A DNA stretch of 64,000 bases from positions 51,487 to 115,486 of the IMG/VR virus record IMGVR_UViG_3300034104_005543. One strand, written 5' to 3'. A model generated the notes under the pieces. The model did not search any database and had not been told where the DNA came from. It was given only the letters and a program-made list of their open reading frames with translations. Of this stretch, positions 33,801-43,282 are shown piece after piece. The first letter of the stretch is position 1. Each line of letters opens with the position of its first letter. The stretch comes from a virus. Lineage: Duplodnaviria > Caudoviricetes. The position numbers and the translations under genes are program-made.

Positions 33801-36800
33801 TTCTGATCCTAGAACAAAAATGATGCTCATTGACCAAATGACACCAGAAGCTGTAAAAAAAGTAAATGACATTGAGCAAAGATTATTTGAAATAGGTATA
33901 GAAATAGATGTAGAAAGAGGACTACCTAAAAATATAAAAAGGAAAGATATTGAGCTATTACACACAGTAAGGAAATTGTATGCTGGAGATTACGAATATG
34001 AATCAACAGATCCTCCTGTTATTAAATCACTCAAACAAAACAATTTTAGATTGTATGAAAAATATATTGCCATAAGTGAAGCACTAAAAGAATTCAGAAG
34101 CGAACAACCTTCTAATGTAGAGCAAGAATATATAAATGGTGAGTGGGGTAAATTCTACGATATTCAATACAAAGGTAAAACAGTTGCTTATGAAATGTAT
34201 AAAAAAGAAGCTATTCAAAATATAAACAACGGAATTTATGTTGATATAGCTTTTATTAACACAGATACTAATTTCATTAAAGCTTTAGAGAATAAAGATT
34301 TTAGAAAATTTATAGAAGACCATCATACTAAATTTGAAATAGAAGAGGAAGGTACTGTATCATTTGCTTATGTTCCAAACGGAATTCACATTGAACAAAA
34401 AATCAATGACAATTACAAGGACATGGTTGAATTTAGAAACAGTAAAGGTGAACTTGTAAAAACAAACTTTCCTTCAAGAAATTATCACGCTTTAAGAACC
34501 AAAGAAGCAGTTAAAACTCCTCGCATAATGGGAGTAACAGTAAATGCTTTTGGTGAATGGTTACCTAAACCTATTGAAGTATTGTATGCAGAATCTAAGG
34601 GTAATAAAATAACTACTGAGTTCTTAGAAAATATTCCTGACATGTCAGATTCTGAATACAATTCATTTATTAATGACAATGAGGAGTTAACTAAGTATGT
34701 AAATAAAGAATACTATAACTTAAAAAAGACTGATAAAGATCTCTGGAATCTACTAGAATATCTAAAGAAAATGTCTTTTACACAGCAAAAAGAAACTTCA
34801 AAAATGGGAAGACTTAATTTTCAAGTACCTTCTTTTTTTGCTAGTAATTTTGAAGTTGCTCAAAAAACATTATCTGGACAAAAACGATCTGGGTTATCAG
34901 TATTCTTATCTTCTATTAAAGCAAAGCTTTTTGGTAAAGAGGGAGATGAAGCTGAAGAAGGATACTCTAATGTTCTTTCTGCTGAAACAGAAGAAGAAAA
35001 ACGCACTAGACTTAAACTTATATCACTAGACTTTTTTGGTGATGAATTATCTAAGATACCTGTAGCAGGAAAATATCCTATTGACTTAGATAAAGTAAGT
35101 ATGGATATTCCTTTATCTATGTTCAGATACTTCTATAGTATAGAAGAAGTAAAAGAAAAAGTAAAAATAATGCCTATTGCTAGAGGTATTGAAAAAGTAT
35201 TGGCTGATGAAGAAAACGCGTTGAAAGAAATGGATAAAATTAATAAATATGCATTTCTTCAAAACAATCTTACAATCTTTGCAGGTGCTAAAAGCAAAAA
35301 AGAAGCTAGTATTAGAAAACAAATGGTAGAATCTTTTAACCGCACTATATTTGAAGGTGAAAATGTTAGAGGATTTTTATCAGATGCAACACCTATATTG
35401 AAAATACTAAATAATGTAACAAGATTTACATCGACTGTATTTCTTTCTACTCCAGAATCTGCTATAAGAAACAGAGTACAAATGGGCATGCAAAATATAA
35501 TAAACCTTGCAGCACAAGATGGAGTTGATAGAGAAAGTTACACTAAAGGTGAAATATGGGCAACTAAATATATGTTTGGTCAAACAACACACGCATATCA
35601 AGGAGGTACATATACCTTTGAACAAATGATGGTTGATGCTTGGGACCCAAAACAAGGTAGCTCAAAGCAAAGAATAGGTCGTAGTTTTAATAGATCATAC
35701 GCGCAAGATGCTGCAGATTGGCAATCATTTGTACTAGCACCAAGAACTTGGTTAGAAACACAAGGTGCTATAAAATTATGGGCTCAACGTATGTTCTATG
35801 AAAAAGTAGAAATAACAGAAAATGGCGTTACTACTAAAATACCATACATGGAAGCATGGTATATAGTTGATGGTAAACTAACACTTAGACCAGGTATTGA
35901 CAAAACATATGATGTAGAAGGAGTAAAGTTCAACCTGATCAAAAACAGAATTCACCAGCAAATTGCTTTAACCAACGGTGATTCATCAGCTTTAGGTAAA
36001 AGTTATGGAGATAAGTTTGTTATCTACAATCAGCTTCTTAGTATGAAAAGATTCTTTTATATGATGTTTTTGAATCGTTTTGGTACTAATTTTAAATATG
36101 ATAAAGAAAAATCTTTTTTTGATGCTTGGTCTTTTTCACCACGGCTTAACTATTCAACAGGAGAAACTCAAGAAGGATACTATATAACATCGCTACGATT
36201 CATAGCAAATTACTTTAGGAATATTTTTACTAAAAACCCTAATTTTAATATTTACTGGAGTATGCTTACTCCGTATGAAAAAAGAAATTTAATTAAAACA
36301 TTTAGTGATATAATGCTTTCTTTAGTCTTATGGTTAATTGGTAGAATGTTATTTGAGTATGACCCCGATGATGAAGATCGCTACAAAAAATTAAGAGCTA
36401 ATTCAGCACCACTACCTATATTTGGTACAGCAGACGAAGGACAGTTTCATTTAGAAGGTTACGCTTTTAATAAAGCTCTTCAGCTTATATTAGGTTTTCA
36501 AGAAGAACATAATACTTTTATGCCTTTACCCGGTATGGGTTTAAAAACATACACCAATTTATTTCAAATTAAAATGGCTACCTTTCAACCTAGTGCTGAT
36601 CTTATTAAAAATGTAATAACATATAGTATGTTAGGAGCAACTGGTGACGAAAGAGGTTTTTATGATAAAAGAGTCGGTCCTTATGAATGGCAACAAAAAG
36701 ATTCTGCTAAGATTGTAAACTTTATGTTAAAGTATATTGGACTATCAGGAACTTCTACAGATCCTGTGTTAGGTATCCAACAAAGAGAGTCTTTTGCTCG

Positions 36801-36804
36801 ATAA
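30829..36804 (+). CDS. Giant ejection protein with zincin-like HExxH motif and a hydrophobic C-terminal segment
   Basis: 1991 aa; TLIHEFLHP (31477-31491) with downstream EYVTR; IMLSLVLWLIGRML; last gene of the + block. Confidence 0.8.
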   Translation: MNCSIDNFRDNVTKQMLQYGFAVAASKYSSNPTLQNAIRNGISTNQIPKKISIGNKSYRGFDIAKKIADAINQGWKSMVANVATVNDTHSININISPDMMKLLEAADFTAEERSAFNDIAPGYANSLEEEAILKYESMKSSDIDKLVSAQANNFLSSVLSTLKRAFPTVNYQIVSDTDAREITKNSANPYTGQGVSFFYNGTVYIIEGNVTPKTLIHEFLHPLVKSIEVENPGLFDNLVNESKTVDNTYGLEVGKRLQEEIDEDPETFSFDNNAYKREYVTRVLERIASERLLENREDGILYNFFNKVFYALKQIFRKVFGSKINVSKLSAYTSLSDLAEMLKMSEFNLNAELFTTEDYVEYLSKVEEEINKTAELLADSVKYNKEAAKDPRNIKFGLSNLDDLIKQLETLVDNNTEYFKNNNMIDPELNAIIFNSETGNLEKIKEELRLNKKFLVQEQLDLSEDIRNALNAEKNDAQKAYRLISSIFEIQALIYNLAGPDKTVLIDKTSTDDFKQNLVLIEKLEGMLRSFQTLAQSVNSIIVKLDRNNQLAQSLNQTIEYSENGLNQLKKQRFNNIKEVINVPLSAINDTIQSLYNDLIEKIDEEIATKGSNSLLEKRKEYYIKTRDSLMVSEKRLEDLLQGKAGDSDFLEGYILSAVQSSDPIYGTLGSIVKNAYNNIEANMVNVYSSYFKDLNELQNKAGITKFNYSSKYRQIITEATRLVRTVEEGESNKEVTLEEKSDYFEFLHSTLVSQATNDIRRLEAEKEDASRNNDLITVAEKSREISELKDKYFFGSVLEGHNIRKQMLSTEWGVRMFIKRLKIEDNIRVLELVIKAELALNNPEARQNIIDKQEQIKEQYILLNEITSIYKKNGEVKTGQEYQDAIDYKNFYTVTESNLEIEREETIQKFVEAYKLNEELLGANTPEFGQWLAENTYIKRKDEYFSLVQQIFDNIGETNNKSTSFTAKLKDLNNERSALGKQLSQLRILYSDPRTKMMLIDQMTPEAVKKVNDIEQRLFEIGIEIDVERGLPKNIKRKDIELLHTVRKLYAGDYEYESTDPPVIKSLKQNNFRLYEKYIAISEALKEFRSEQPSNVEQEYINGEWGKFYDIQYKGKTVAYEMYKKEAIQNINNGIYVDIAFINTDTNFIKALENKDFRKFIEDHHTKFEIEEEGTVSFAYVPNGIHIEQKINDNYKDMVEFRNSKGELVKTNFPSRNYHALRTKEAVKTPRIMGVTVNAFGEWLPKPIEVLYAESKGNKITTEFLENIPDMSDSEYNSFINDNEELTKYVNKEYYNLKKTDKDLWNLLEYLKKMSFTQQKETSKMGRLNFQVPSFFASNFEVAQKTLSGQKRSGLSVFLSSIKAKLFGKEGDEAEEGYSNVLSAETEEEKRTRLKLISLDFFGDELSKIPVAGKYPIDLDKVSMDIPLSMFRYFYSIEEVKEKVKIMPIARGIEKVLADEENALKEMDKINKYAFLQNNLTIFAGAKSKKEASIRKQMVESFNRTIFEGENVRGFLSDATPILKILNNVTRFTSTVFLSTPESAIRNRVQMGMQNIINLAAQDGVDRESYTKGEIWATKYMFGQTTHAYQGGTYTFEQMMVDAWDPKQGSSKQRIGRSFNRSYAQDAADWQSFVLAPRTWLETQGAIKLWAQRMFYEKVEITENGVTTKIPYMEAWYIVDGKLTLRPGIDKTYDVEGVKFNLIKNRIHQQIALTNGDSSALGKSYGDKFVIYNQLLSMKRFFYMMFLNRFGTNFKYDKEKSFFDAWSFSPRLNYSTGETQEGYYITSLRFIANYFRNIFTKNPNFNIYWSMLTPYEKRNLIKTFSDIMLSLVLWLIGRMLFEYDPDDEDRYKKLRANSAPLPIFGTADEGQFHLEGYAFNKALQLILGFQEEHNTFMPLPGMGLKTYTNLFQIKMATFQPSADLIKNVITYSMLGATGDERGFYDKRVGPYEWQQKDSAKIVNFMLKYIGLSGTSTDPVLGIQQRESFAR

Positions 36805-36844
36805 AAGAAAAAAAAATCCCCCTACCTTTTTAGGGGTAGGGGGA
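36803..36844 (-). terminator. Intrinsic terminator at the convergence of the two arms (may be bidirectional)
   Basis: 10-bp stem tccccctacc (36817-36826)/ggtaggggga (36835-36844) with an A-tract at 36803-36816 (U-tract on the - strand). Confidence 0.85.
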
Positions 36845-36849
36845 GCTGT

Positions 36850-37770
36850 TTATTCGTCAGAATCGTTTTCGTTAAACACTTTATCTATAATAGTGTTTAG
36901 CGCGTGCGAGTCTATCGTTTCTTTCTTAGTAGAAGAAAGTATTTCTATTAGTTTACTAAAGTATGCTATATCAACACCAATAAGTTGTTCTTCTAACACA
37001 TAAGGATCTCTTAAATTTAGTTCTGATATCTGGAACATAATCTTAAGCATTTCACCAGCGCTGATATTCCATCCGCGTTTTATAAACTTCTTAATGCGTA
37101 TAATAGAAGTAACAGGGTATAAAGAACCTCTATACTTAAGAGTTTTTGATAGAATAGATTCTAATACTTCAACCGTAGTTACTAGACCTTCATCGTAAGT
37201 AAAATAGGAAGTAGCATGAACAAAATCAAAATTCTTATGAATAGCTGCAGCATCACCGGTAAATCTTAACACAATCTGAATATCGTCTGATAAACTAATA
37301 GCGTTAGGAGAATAAAATACAGGACGGTATTTAGGAGCAGTATCTTCATCATACTCTGGAGCATAACCACCATTTTTTTCTGCAAAGAAAATCTTTACCT
37401 GATCTTCTTTAAGATTTTTAACAGCGATTACATATGCAGAATCCTCTTTACCTTCAACACTTTTAACAAGTGTGTCTTTATCAGAACCAGAAAGAACTAT
37501 CATTCTTGTATCATTACCTACATAGTATTCTGCAAGTCTTTTTGCTACTTCAATATCTTGAATATAGATATCATAGTCGTTTACTTTTTCTTGCAAGTAT
37601 AAGGAGGCTATACAGCCTCCAGATACTAACAAACTTTTTCTTACATCATCTCTAAGAACAGGATCTGTAATTGAGTCTAACCACAATTCTAATTCTTTCT
37701 TTATTGTCTTGATTATAGTTTTTCTTTGCATGTCAGTATTTTTTTCCGTGTAATCTTTCACGAGTTTCAT
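36850..37770 (-). CDS. Nucleotidyltransferase (CCA-adding/poly(A) polymerase head-like)
   Basis: SGGCIASL...NDYDIY, FDFVH, RIKKFIKRGW. Confidence 0.7.
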   Translation of the reverse strand: MKLVKDYTEKNTDMQRKTIIKTIKKELELWLDSITDPVLRDDVRKSLLVSGGCIASLYLQEKVNDYDIYIQDIEVAKRLAEYYVGNDTRMIVLSGSDKDTLVKSVEGKEDSAYVIAVKNLKEDQVKIFFAEKNGGYAPEYDEDTAPKYRPVFYSPNAISLSDDIQIVLRFTGDAAAIHKNFDFVHATSYFTYDEGLVTTVEVLESILSKTLKYRGSLYPVTSIIRIKKFIKRGWNISAGEMLKIMFQISELNLRDPYVLEEQLIGVDIAYFSKLIEILSSTKKETIDSHALNTIIDKVFNENDSDE

Positions 37771-38131
37771 TGAATCTCATCTTCAAAATAATATGGTCGG
37801 TAATATTAATGTTCTTACCACCTACCAAATCAAACAAACGAATAAAGGTATCTGCAATCTCCTCTTCAAAGGTTCCTTTAATGTTATTATTGTAGTAGTC
37901 GATGTAAGCTTCTTTCTTTTGTTCGTGCTTAACATTTTTACTTAATAAAACACCCAGTTCTAATTCTGTAGAGTTTAAAGTACAGTGTCTTTGTTTTCTA
38001 TCTGCTTCTAGCGCTTCTGCTAGTTCAGAAACAATTAACATAAGGAGCTCACCTGTGTTTCTTTCTTTGTCCCAGAAACCTTTTTCTTTTGCTGTTGAAT
38101 GAGCTTTTTCGATTAATGCATTAATGTCCAT
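37733..38131 (-). CDS. MazG-like nucleotide pyrophosphohydrolase
   Basis: LIVSELAEALEA...EEEIADTFIRLFD (ExxE...ExxD). Confidence 0.85.
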   Translation of the reverse strand: MDINALIEKAHSTAKEKGFWDKERNTGELLMLIVSELAEALEADRKQRHCTLNSTELELGVLLSKNVKHEQKKEAYIDYYNNNIKGTFEEEIADTFIRLFDLVGGKNINITDHIILKMRFNETRERLHGKKY

Positions 38132-38666
38132 AAAAATTTAAATAATATTTACTAGATTGATTTCCTTTTTGTTTATTGTATTTAGATTTTGATTTTAGTG
38201 AGTAATCGTTTTTAATATTACCACTTACTTCTTCAAATTCAATCTGACCAATTAACATATTCGGATAAATTTTAATAGGTTGAATACATGCCAGTTCTAA
38301 AACTAAAGAACCTTCAAAACCGGGGTCTATAAACCCTGCAGTTAAATGTATCATTAAACCTAATCTACCTAAACTAGATTTACCAGATAATGTAGATTTT
38401 AAATTGTACGGTATTTTTAAGTATTCGTTACAGTGCCCTAGATATAAAACACCAGGTTGTAACTCGTAACCTTCATCTGTTAAGATTACAGGTTCTGCTA
38501 ATAAATGTTCTTTTTTACAATCAAAAGTTTTGTCTTGGTAAAAAGCAATTTCAGGGTTAAGAGTAACATCATAACTGCAAGGATTAAGATGCTCTTTTCT
38601 GAAATTGCTAATACCAAGATGTTTACTTAGTAGTCTTCTTTCTATTTCTAAGTCACTAAGAATCAT
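38121..38666 (-). CDS. dcd: dCTP deaminase
   Basis: MILSD, NPCSYDV, GKSSLGRLGL, AGFIDPGFEGSLVLE. Confidence 0.92.
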   Translation of the reverse strand: MILSDLEIERRLLSKHLGISNFRKEHLNPCSYDVTLNPEIAFYQDKTFDCKKEHLLAEPVILTDEGYELQPGVLYLGHCNEYLKIPYNLKSTLSGKSSLGRLGLMIHLTAGFIDPGFEGSLVLELACIQPIKIYPNMLIGQIEFEEVSGNIKNDYSLKSKSKYNKQKGNQSSKYYLNFYGH

Positions 38667-39031
38667 TTGTCATTATTTACAAGTTGTTTATACAAATCAT
38701 CATTCAGTTTTTTAAGTCGACGGACTTCTGTTTCTAATGATTTTATATTATCAGCCATAGAAGACTTAGACAAACCTACTATTTTAGTGTAGGTTTCTCT
38801 TTGTATTTTCAAATCGTATTCTAAATTTGATTTTTCATATTTAAGATGTTCAATTTTATTATTAGACTGATCAAGAACATGTTGTAAATAATGCTGATTA
38901 TAGATACCTGAGTGGTAAAAATACTTCTTAAAAATATAATAGCAATCTCTAAGTCCATCTACATACATTGAATCAGGATTTTTTGTAGCACACTCCTGAA
39001 TCATTTTTTCAACATTATTATAAATATTCAT
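38663..39031 (-). CDS. Hypothetical coiled-coil protein
   Basis: 122-aa ORF overlapping the dcd start (ATGA). Confidence 0.7.
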   Translation of the reverse strand: MNIYNNVEKMIQECATKNPDSMYVDGLRDCYYIFKKYFYHSGIYNQHYLQHVLDQSNNKIEHLKYEKSNLEYDLKIQRETYTKIVGLSKSSMADNIKSLETEVRRLKKLNDDLYKQLVNNDK

Positions 39032-39045
39032 TTTTCTAAGAGTTA

Positions 39046-39075
39046 AATAAAAGGGGCTTTTACACCCCTTTTATT
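39046..39075. terminator. Intrinsic terminator-like hairpin, symmetric
   Basis: aataaaagggg (39046-39056)/ccccttttatt (39065-39075), just downstream of the 39082 stop. Confidence 0.8.
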
Positions 39076-39081
39076 ATGTGA

Positions 39082-40185
39082 TCACCATATAAAATCTTCG
39101 TCTGTAACAGTAGATGAAGAAGGCGGATTACCAAAGTCATCATCGTCATCAACATTGTTATATACTATTGTCTCTTCCTCTTCCTCTTCTTCTTGTTTTG
39201 ATTCTTCTAAAACAACTTCTTCATCTTCTTCTTCCGCAACAACAGTTTCTTCTACAACAGCATATTCTATTTTACGGGATTCTTGCTCAAAGTTTTCATC
39301 AAAAGTAGTTTCAACTTTTTCAGGTTCTGGAATTGCTACAGGTTCTGGAACAACAGATTCTTCTTCTACTACCATATCTAACTTTTCTTCAATATCATTT
39401 TCTGTTTCTACTACTACCGGAGTAGAAGAACTGACATTATTAAAGTTAAGTGTAGATTCTATAGGTATAATAGAATCAAAACTATCAGTCAAATACTCAT
39501 GCAATTCAGAATGTGCAGACAACCAAAACCTAGGATGGTAGGTATATGTTACCAAAGAAAGCATCTCGTAAACATCAGATAATTTCCAATTAGAAACATC
39601 CTTAAATGTTTCTGTCATCCACTTCTGTATTGTACTTGCCTGGTGTGGTGTAACTAAATTCTTATTAAAGAAGATATTACCTAACAAACAACAAGTTTCT
39701 TCCCTAGAAATTGATTTAAAAGAAAGAGCTTCTATTTCTGCTATTGTGTTGTCATAGTAGGAATAAGCATTTTGTATTACATTTTCCATGAGTTTAATGA
39801 TATCAGAAATATCACCACCCTTTTTTACGGAAAAATAATGTTTAACATATACAGCAGGATTAGTCTTTAACCTACAACCTACCGCACACTTAAAGCGCAT
39901 AGATCTGGTATAAGAATTAACCCAGCTAAATACTAGTTGGTAGGTATCGTTAGACGGTACATCCACCACAAAATAAGCAGCTACTATTTCATTCTTGTTA
40001 GAACCAATAAATTTAATTGATTCTTCACCTTCTGCAGTTGCAATAGTAATGTTATTGTCGGCTAGTATTTTCTTACTAGCCTCAATAACTTGTTTGTGTG
40101 ATGGTGGATTGTATCCGTTACCGTAAACCGGAATAGAACTAGTAATTACAGAGTTCTCGTTTGTGGGATTAAGTTTGATAGGCAT
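39082..40185 (-). CDS. DUF932-like protein with a long acidic C-terminal tail
   Basis: YNPPSHKQVI...VNSYTRSMRF..AVG; the last ~110 aa are E/D-rich. Confidence 0.6.
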   Translation of the reverse strand: MPIKLNPTNENSVITSSIPVYGNGYNPPSHKQVIEASKKILADNNITIATAEGEESIKFIGSNKNEIVAAYFVVDVPSNDTYQLVFSWVNSYTRSMRFKCAVGCRLKTNPAVYVKHYFSVKKGGDISDIIKLMENVIQNAYSYYDNTIAEIEALSFKSISREETCCLLGNIFFNKNLVTPHQASTIQKWMTETFKDVSNWKLSDVYEMLSLVTYTYHPRFWLSAHSELHEYLTDSFDSIIPIESTLNFNNVSSSTPVVVETENDIEEKLDMVVEEESVVPEPVAIPEPEKVETTFDENFEQESRKIEYAVVEETVVAEEEDEEVVLEESKQEEEEEEETIVYNNVDDDDDFGNPPSSSTVTDEDFIW

Positions 40186-40189
40186 AATT

Positions 40190-40988
40190 TTAAAATAATG
40201 TGTTTTCTACTTTTTTTACAATGTTACTAATCTCTTCATAAATAGCATCTAGATAAAACTTTTCGTTAATACCATAGTTTACCCAGTCTTGCTCTTCATG
40301 AACATTATATACTGTTTGATATACATTACCAGAATGCTGTTGTATCTTACGTCCATCAACACTGTTGACTTTAATAATCTTACAACCCTTCTTGCTCATA
40401 TAATATCTAGTTACTTTCTGTAAAGGAGATTCTGTAATAGAACCTTGGTCGTTACACAATGCAACTAATTTCCACTCTGAGGATGATTTGATACCACCAC
40501 AGTAGTCAAAAATATTTTTGTTAGCTTTTAATGTTTGCTCTGGTAACTTACCAAAAACAAAATAATTGTATAAAGCCTTACGTTTAATAAGAAAGCTTTT
40601 ATTCTTATGAAGCGCTAAGTCTGTAAACTCAAATGCAATACCCTTACATTTTGTAGGACTGTAATAAAACTTACCGCTCTCTTCTCTACAAGGGAATATA
40701 CCTTTTGATTTAATTTTAGAATACTCTTCAGAAGAACACTCTCTTTCTTTAAAAATACCAATATAGTTATTTACATCTCGAATAATAAGCTCTTTATAAG
40801 CATCAAACTCCAAAGATAAACTAGTTCTTTCTTCCCAGCGCTTACAACATTCTTTATAAATCTCCATTTTATCGCGTGGTATTAAGAATTCCGCACCATC
40901 TGTATTTACCAAAACAGGAATAGCATCAGGAATACTTAGCAATACATCCTCGAACAACATCATCAAAGACAACTGTCCGTTTATAGTA
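40190..40988 (-). CDS. polB: Family B DNA polymerase, exon 2
   Basis: Begins t-ACT-ATA-AAC-GGA-CAG (TINGQL); motif C NTDG; RDVNNY; KCKG. Confidence 0.92.
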
Positions 40989-42092
40989 CATTTAATCCCC
41001 TAAATTTCTAAAGGGGGTGGATCATATCTTCTTGATATCTAAAAATTTTATTACTTGCGTGTTTACGTAAACCTTTGCATACTTTTGCAATATAAGATTC
41101 ATCTAACTTATAATAAGCTGCTGCTTCTTTTATTGAATTATATACAAACCCGTCATTCACACATATAACAGGTGAAGAGTGATTATTAATGTAAAAAGGA
41201 AAATCACATCCTTTTTTACATAATATCCATTTTTTTGCTGATTTCCTAATACCCATAATACAACTGTTTATTAATTGTATAGAACATCCTATATGTTCGG
41301 AAGCATGTTTTTGGGTAAGAAAATATTGTATTTCACCTGTTATCAGATTCTTTCCTTTTAGTCTATATTTTATCTTAATTAATTCGTTAAAGTTTTTATT
41401 AAAAGACATAAGCCACTTACTTAAAACAAGTGAGTCATATAAGGCTGATGTTGTTACTTTTAAATACATCGCTGCAGCTTGTACTGAACTAAATTCAATA
41501 ATTTCTGAAGTAAATATATTATACAAATAACATGTTCTTGTATGAGGTTTTGTTGGTAATAGTACATGATTTGTTAAATCATCATACTTTTCAATTAACT
41601 CCTCTTCTTTTAATAAAGCATCTTCTAAATTAGTAAAAGAATCAACTATAGTCATTAATATTTGATTACCGCTTTTTAACTCTTTACTTATCCAATTACT
41701 CTTATAAGTATTATTATGATAAGATTTTGAAGTATGATGTGATAATCTTCTTAAAGGATCTGTAGTAATACCTACATAACGCACTTTATTATTCTTTGTT
41801 GAACAAAGTGTGTAAATGTATATTTTATTTATCATGCACGGTGTTTCCCAGACTATATATTTATTTAAGTCAAGTACTCTCTTGCGAGATGATCTCTGAA
41901 CTCTTCCCTGTTCGGGATTCAGCTGCTGATTGTCCATTTTGTGTAATTTTTTGTAAAAATACAATAAACCTTACACTCATACAAATATTTTTCAGGCATT
42001 CAAGCTTAGTCGTATTTCATACTTACTTTGTAGCATATTTGTCTTTAGGATATTCCAGCAATTAACCGTGTTTATTGAGCACCACTATTTTA
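40989..42092 (-). mobile_element. Group I intron (IA-like), 1104 nt, in polB
   Basis: Exon ends in U and intron ends in G. P1 UGAGCAU/GUGCUCA with U-G at the splice site; P10 AUAGUG/UACUAU; P AAUUGCUGGAA (42063-42053); Q AAUCAGCAG (41931-41923); R GUUCAGAGAUCAU (41901-41889); S AAGAUAUGAUCC (41030-41019). Splicing restores MSITINGQL. Confidence 0.93.
41008..41835 (-). CDS. Intron-encoded GIY-YIG homing endonuclease with NUMOD1-like repeats
   Basis: IYIYTL...RYVGIT..P.RR..H; three F/Y-x-S/T-xx-xA(A/S) helix-turn-helix repeats. Likely start is the ATG at 41835, because the upstream part of the ORF call is ribozyme core. Confidence 0.88.
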   Translation of the reverse strand: MINKIYIYTLCSTKNNKVRYVGITTDPLRRLSHHTSKSYHNNTYKSNWISKELKSGNQILMTIVDSFTNLEDALLKEEELIEKYDDLTNHVLLPTKPHTRTCYLYNIFTSEIIEFSSVQAAAMYLKVTTSALYDSLVLSKWLMSFNKNFNELIKIKYRLKGKNLITGEIQYFLTQKHASEHIGCSIQLINSCIMGIRKSAKKWILCKKGCDFPFYINNHSSPVICVNDGFVYNSIKEAAAYYKLDESYIAKVCKGLRKHASNKIFRYQEDMIHPL

Positions 42093-43282
42093 ATGCTCAT
42101 TGTCATTAGAGGATCGTAGAAAGGACTATTTCTCTCATTAGTAAGACCGTAAGCACTATTCAAAATAATCTTAAATAGATAATTTACAGGATCTTTCTTA
42201 GGTATTTTAACGCGTTCTTTAAAAAACCATTCATACTGTTCACAAAAAATCTCTACCGGAATATGAGCAGGAGACCATTTGTTTTTAATAGCAAGATTAG
42301 GATAAAAACTTATTACATCAAATGATTCAAGAGAGTACTTAGCATCTGACTTGTAAATACCAGGAAGTCTAGAACCATGAACACCACCTAAACCATAATC
42401 AATAGTAATACCTTTAGTCTTTATGCAATGCTTAAAAGCATCTTTAGTTTTTTCAGGATCAATTACTAATTCTTTAAACGCCTCTAGAAGATTCTTAAAC
42501 TCTTCACTTTTGAATTCAGTATAAGGAAGAATAATATCTTTTACTGGAATACTTTCGCGATATGTTCGTAAAGATTTAAAATCTCTAGGATTCATTCGCA
42601 TTTTAGGTGCCAAGTAATAAGAAAATATCTTCTTTGCAATACTAGGTTCAGAAGAACTAAGTAAATCCATTTTATATTTCTCACTAAAGATTTCTCTTTG
42701 AGAAGTCTGCGGTGTAAATATTTTGTATAGATGTTTAGTAGAACTAACATCGTTACCACAGTAACTAATAATCTGATCTATTTGATCAAGACTATTAATT
42801 ACTGTAGAATGATGTATCGGCATTTCTTCAATGTTATGCCAATCTGTTGTAAACTGCAAATATTTTAGACTAGCTCTCTTTGCTGCAGAGTCAAAATGTC
42901 CTTGCTTAAAAACATCAATATGAGGAATACTAAGTTCAAACGGACCATACTCAGCAAACTCTTTATTATTAGAACGCTTTATTGCTTCTTGAGCTTTAAG
43001 GTAAATATTGTATGCTACTTGAGAACCAGGTAGATTAAGTAAGTCTTCTCTATTTCTAATGATGAATTCTATAATCTGAGAATCAAAGGCAATACCATTA
43101 AAAGAAACAAAAGAATCTTTGTTTACAATTAAAGTATCTAGAAAATTACAAAGCTCTTCTAAATCATTCCTTAGATCATGTATAACATAGGTATATACAC
43201 TAGCTTGCTCATCTACATCAGCTTCTTCAAAAACAAAAGCTGTGCAATTAATAAGAGTCTCGCAGTCAAAAACAAATCTCAT
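42093..43282 (-). CDS. polB: Family B DNA polymerase, exon 1 (3'-5' exonuclease and motifs A/B); spliced product 662 aa
   Basis: FDCET, FNGIAFD, YCGNDV, FDVISFYP, KIILNSAYG. Confidence 0.92.

Noticed and set aside
702-35655. Numerous 60-196 aa ORFs antisense to or nested in the large + strand genes
   Set aside because: Shadow ORFs with S/F/L/I-biased composition and no motifs, fully inside long credible genes.
41836-41964. N-terminal 43 codons of the called GIY-YIG ORF
   Set aside because: They coincide with ribozyme Q, R and P3 elements; the ATG at 41835 directly precedes the GIY-YIG motif.
40989-42092. Intein, frameshift or pseudogene explanation for the broken polymerase
   Set aside because: In-frame stops and no intein terminal motifs; a full set of group I pairings restores the frame exactly.
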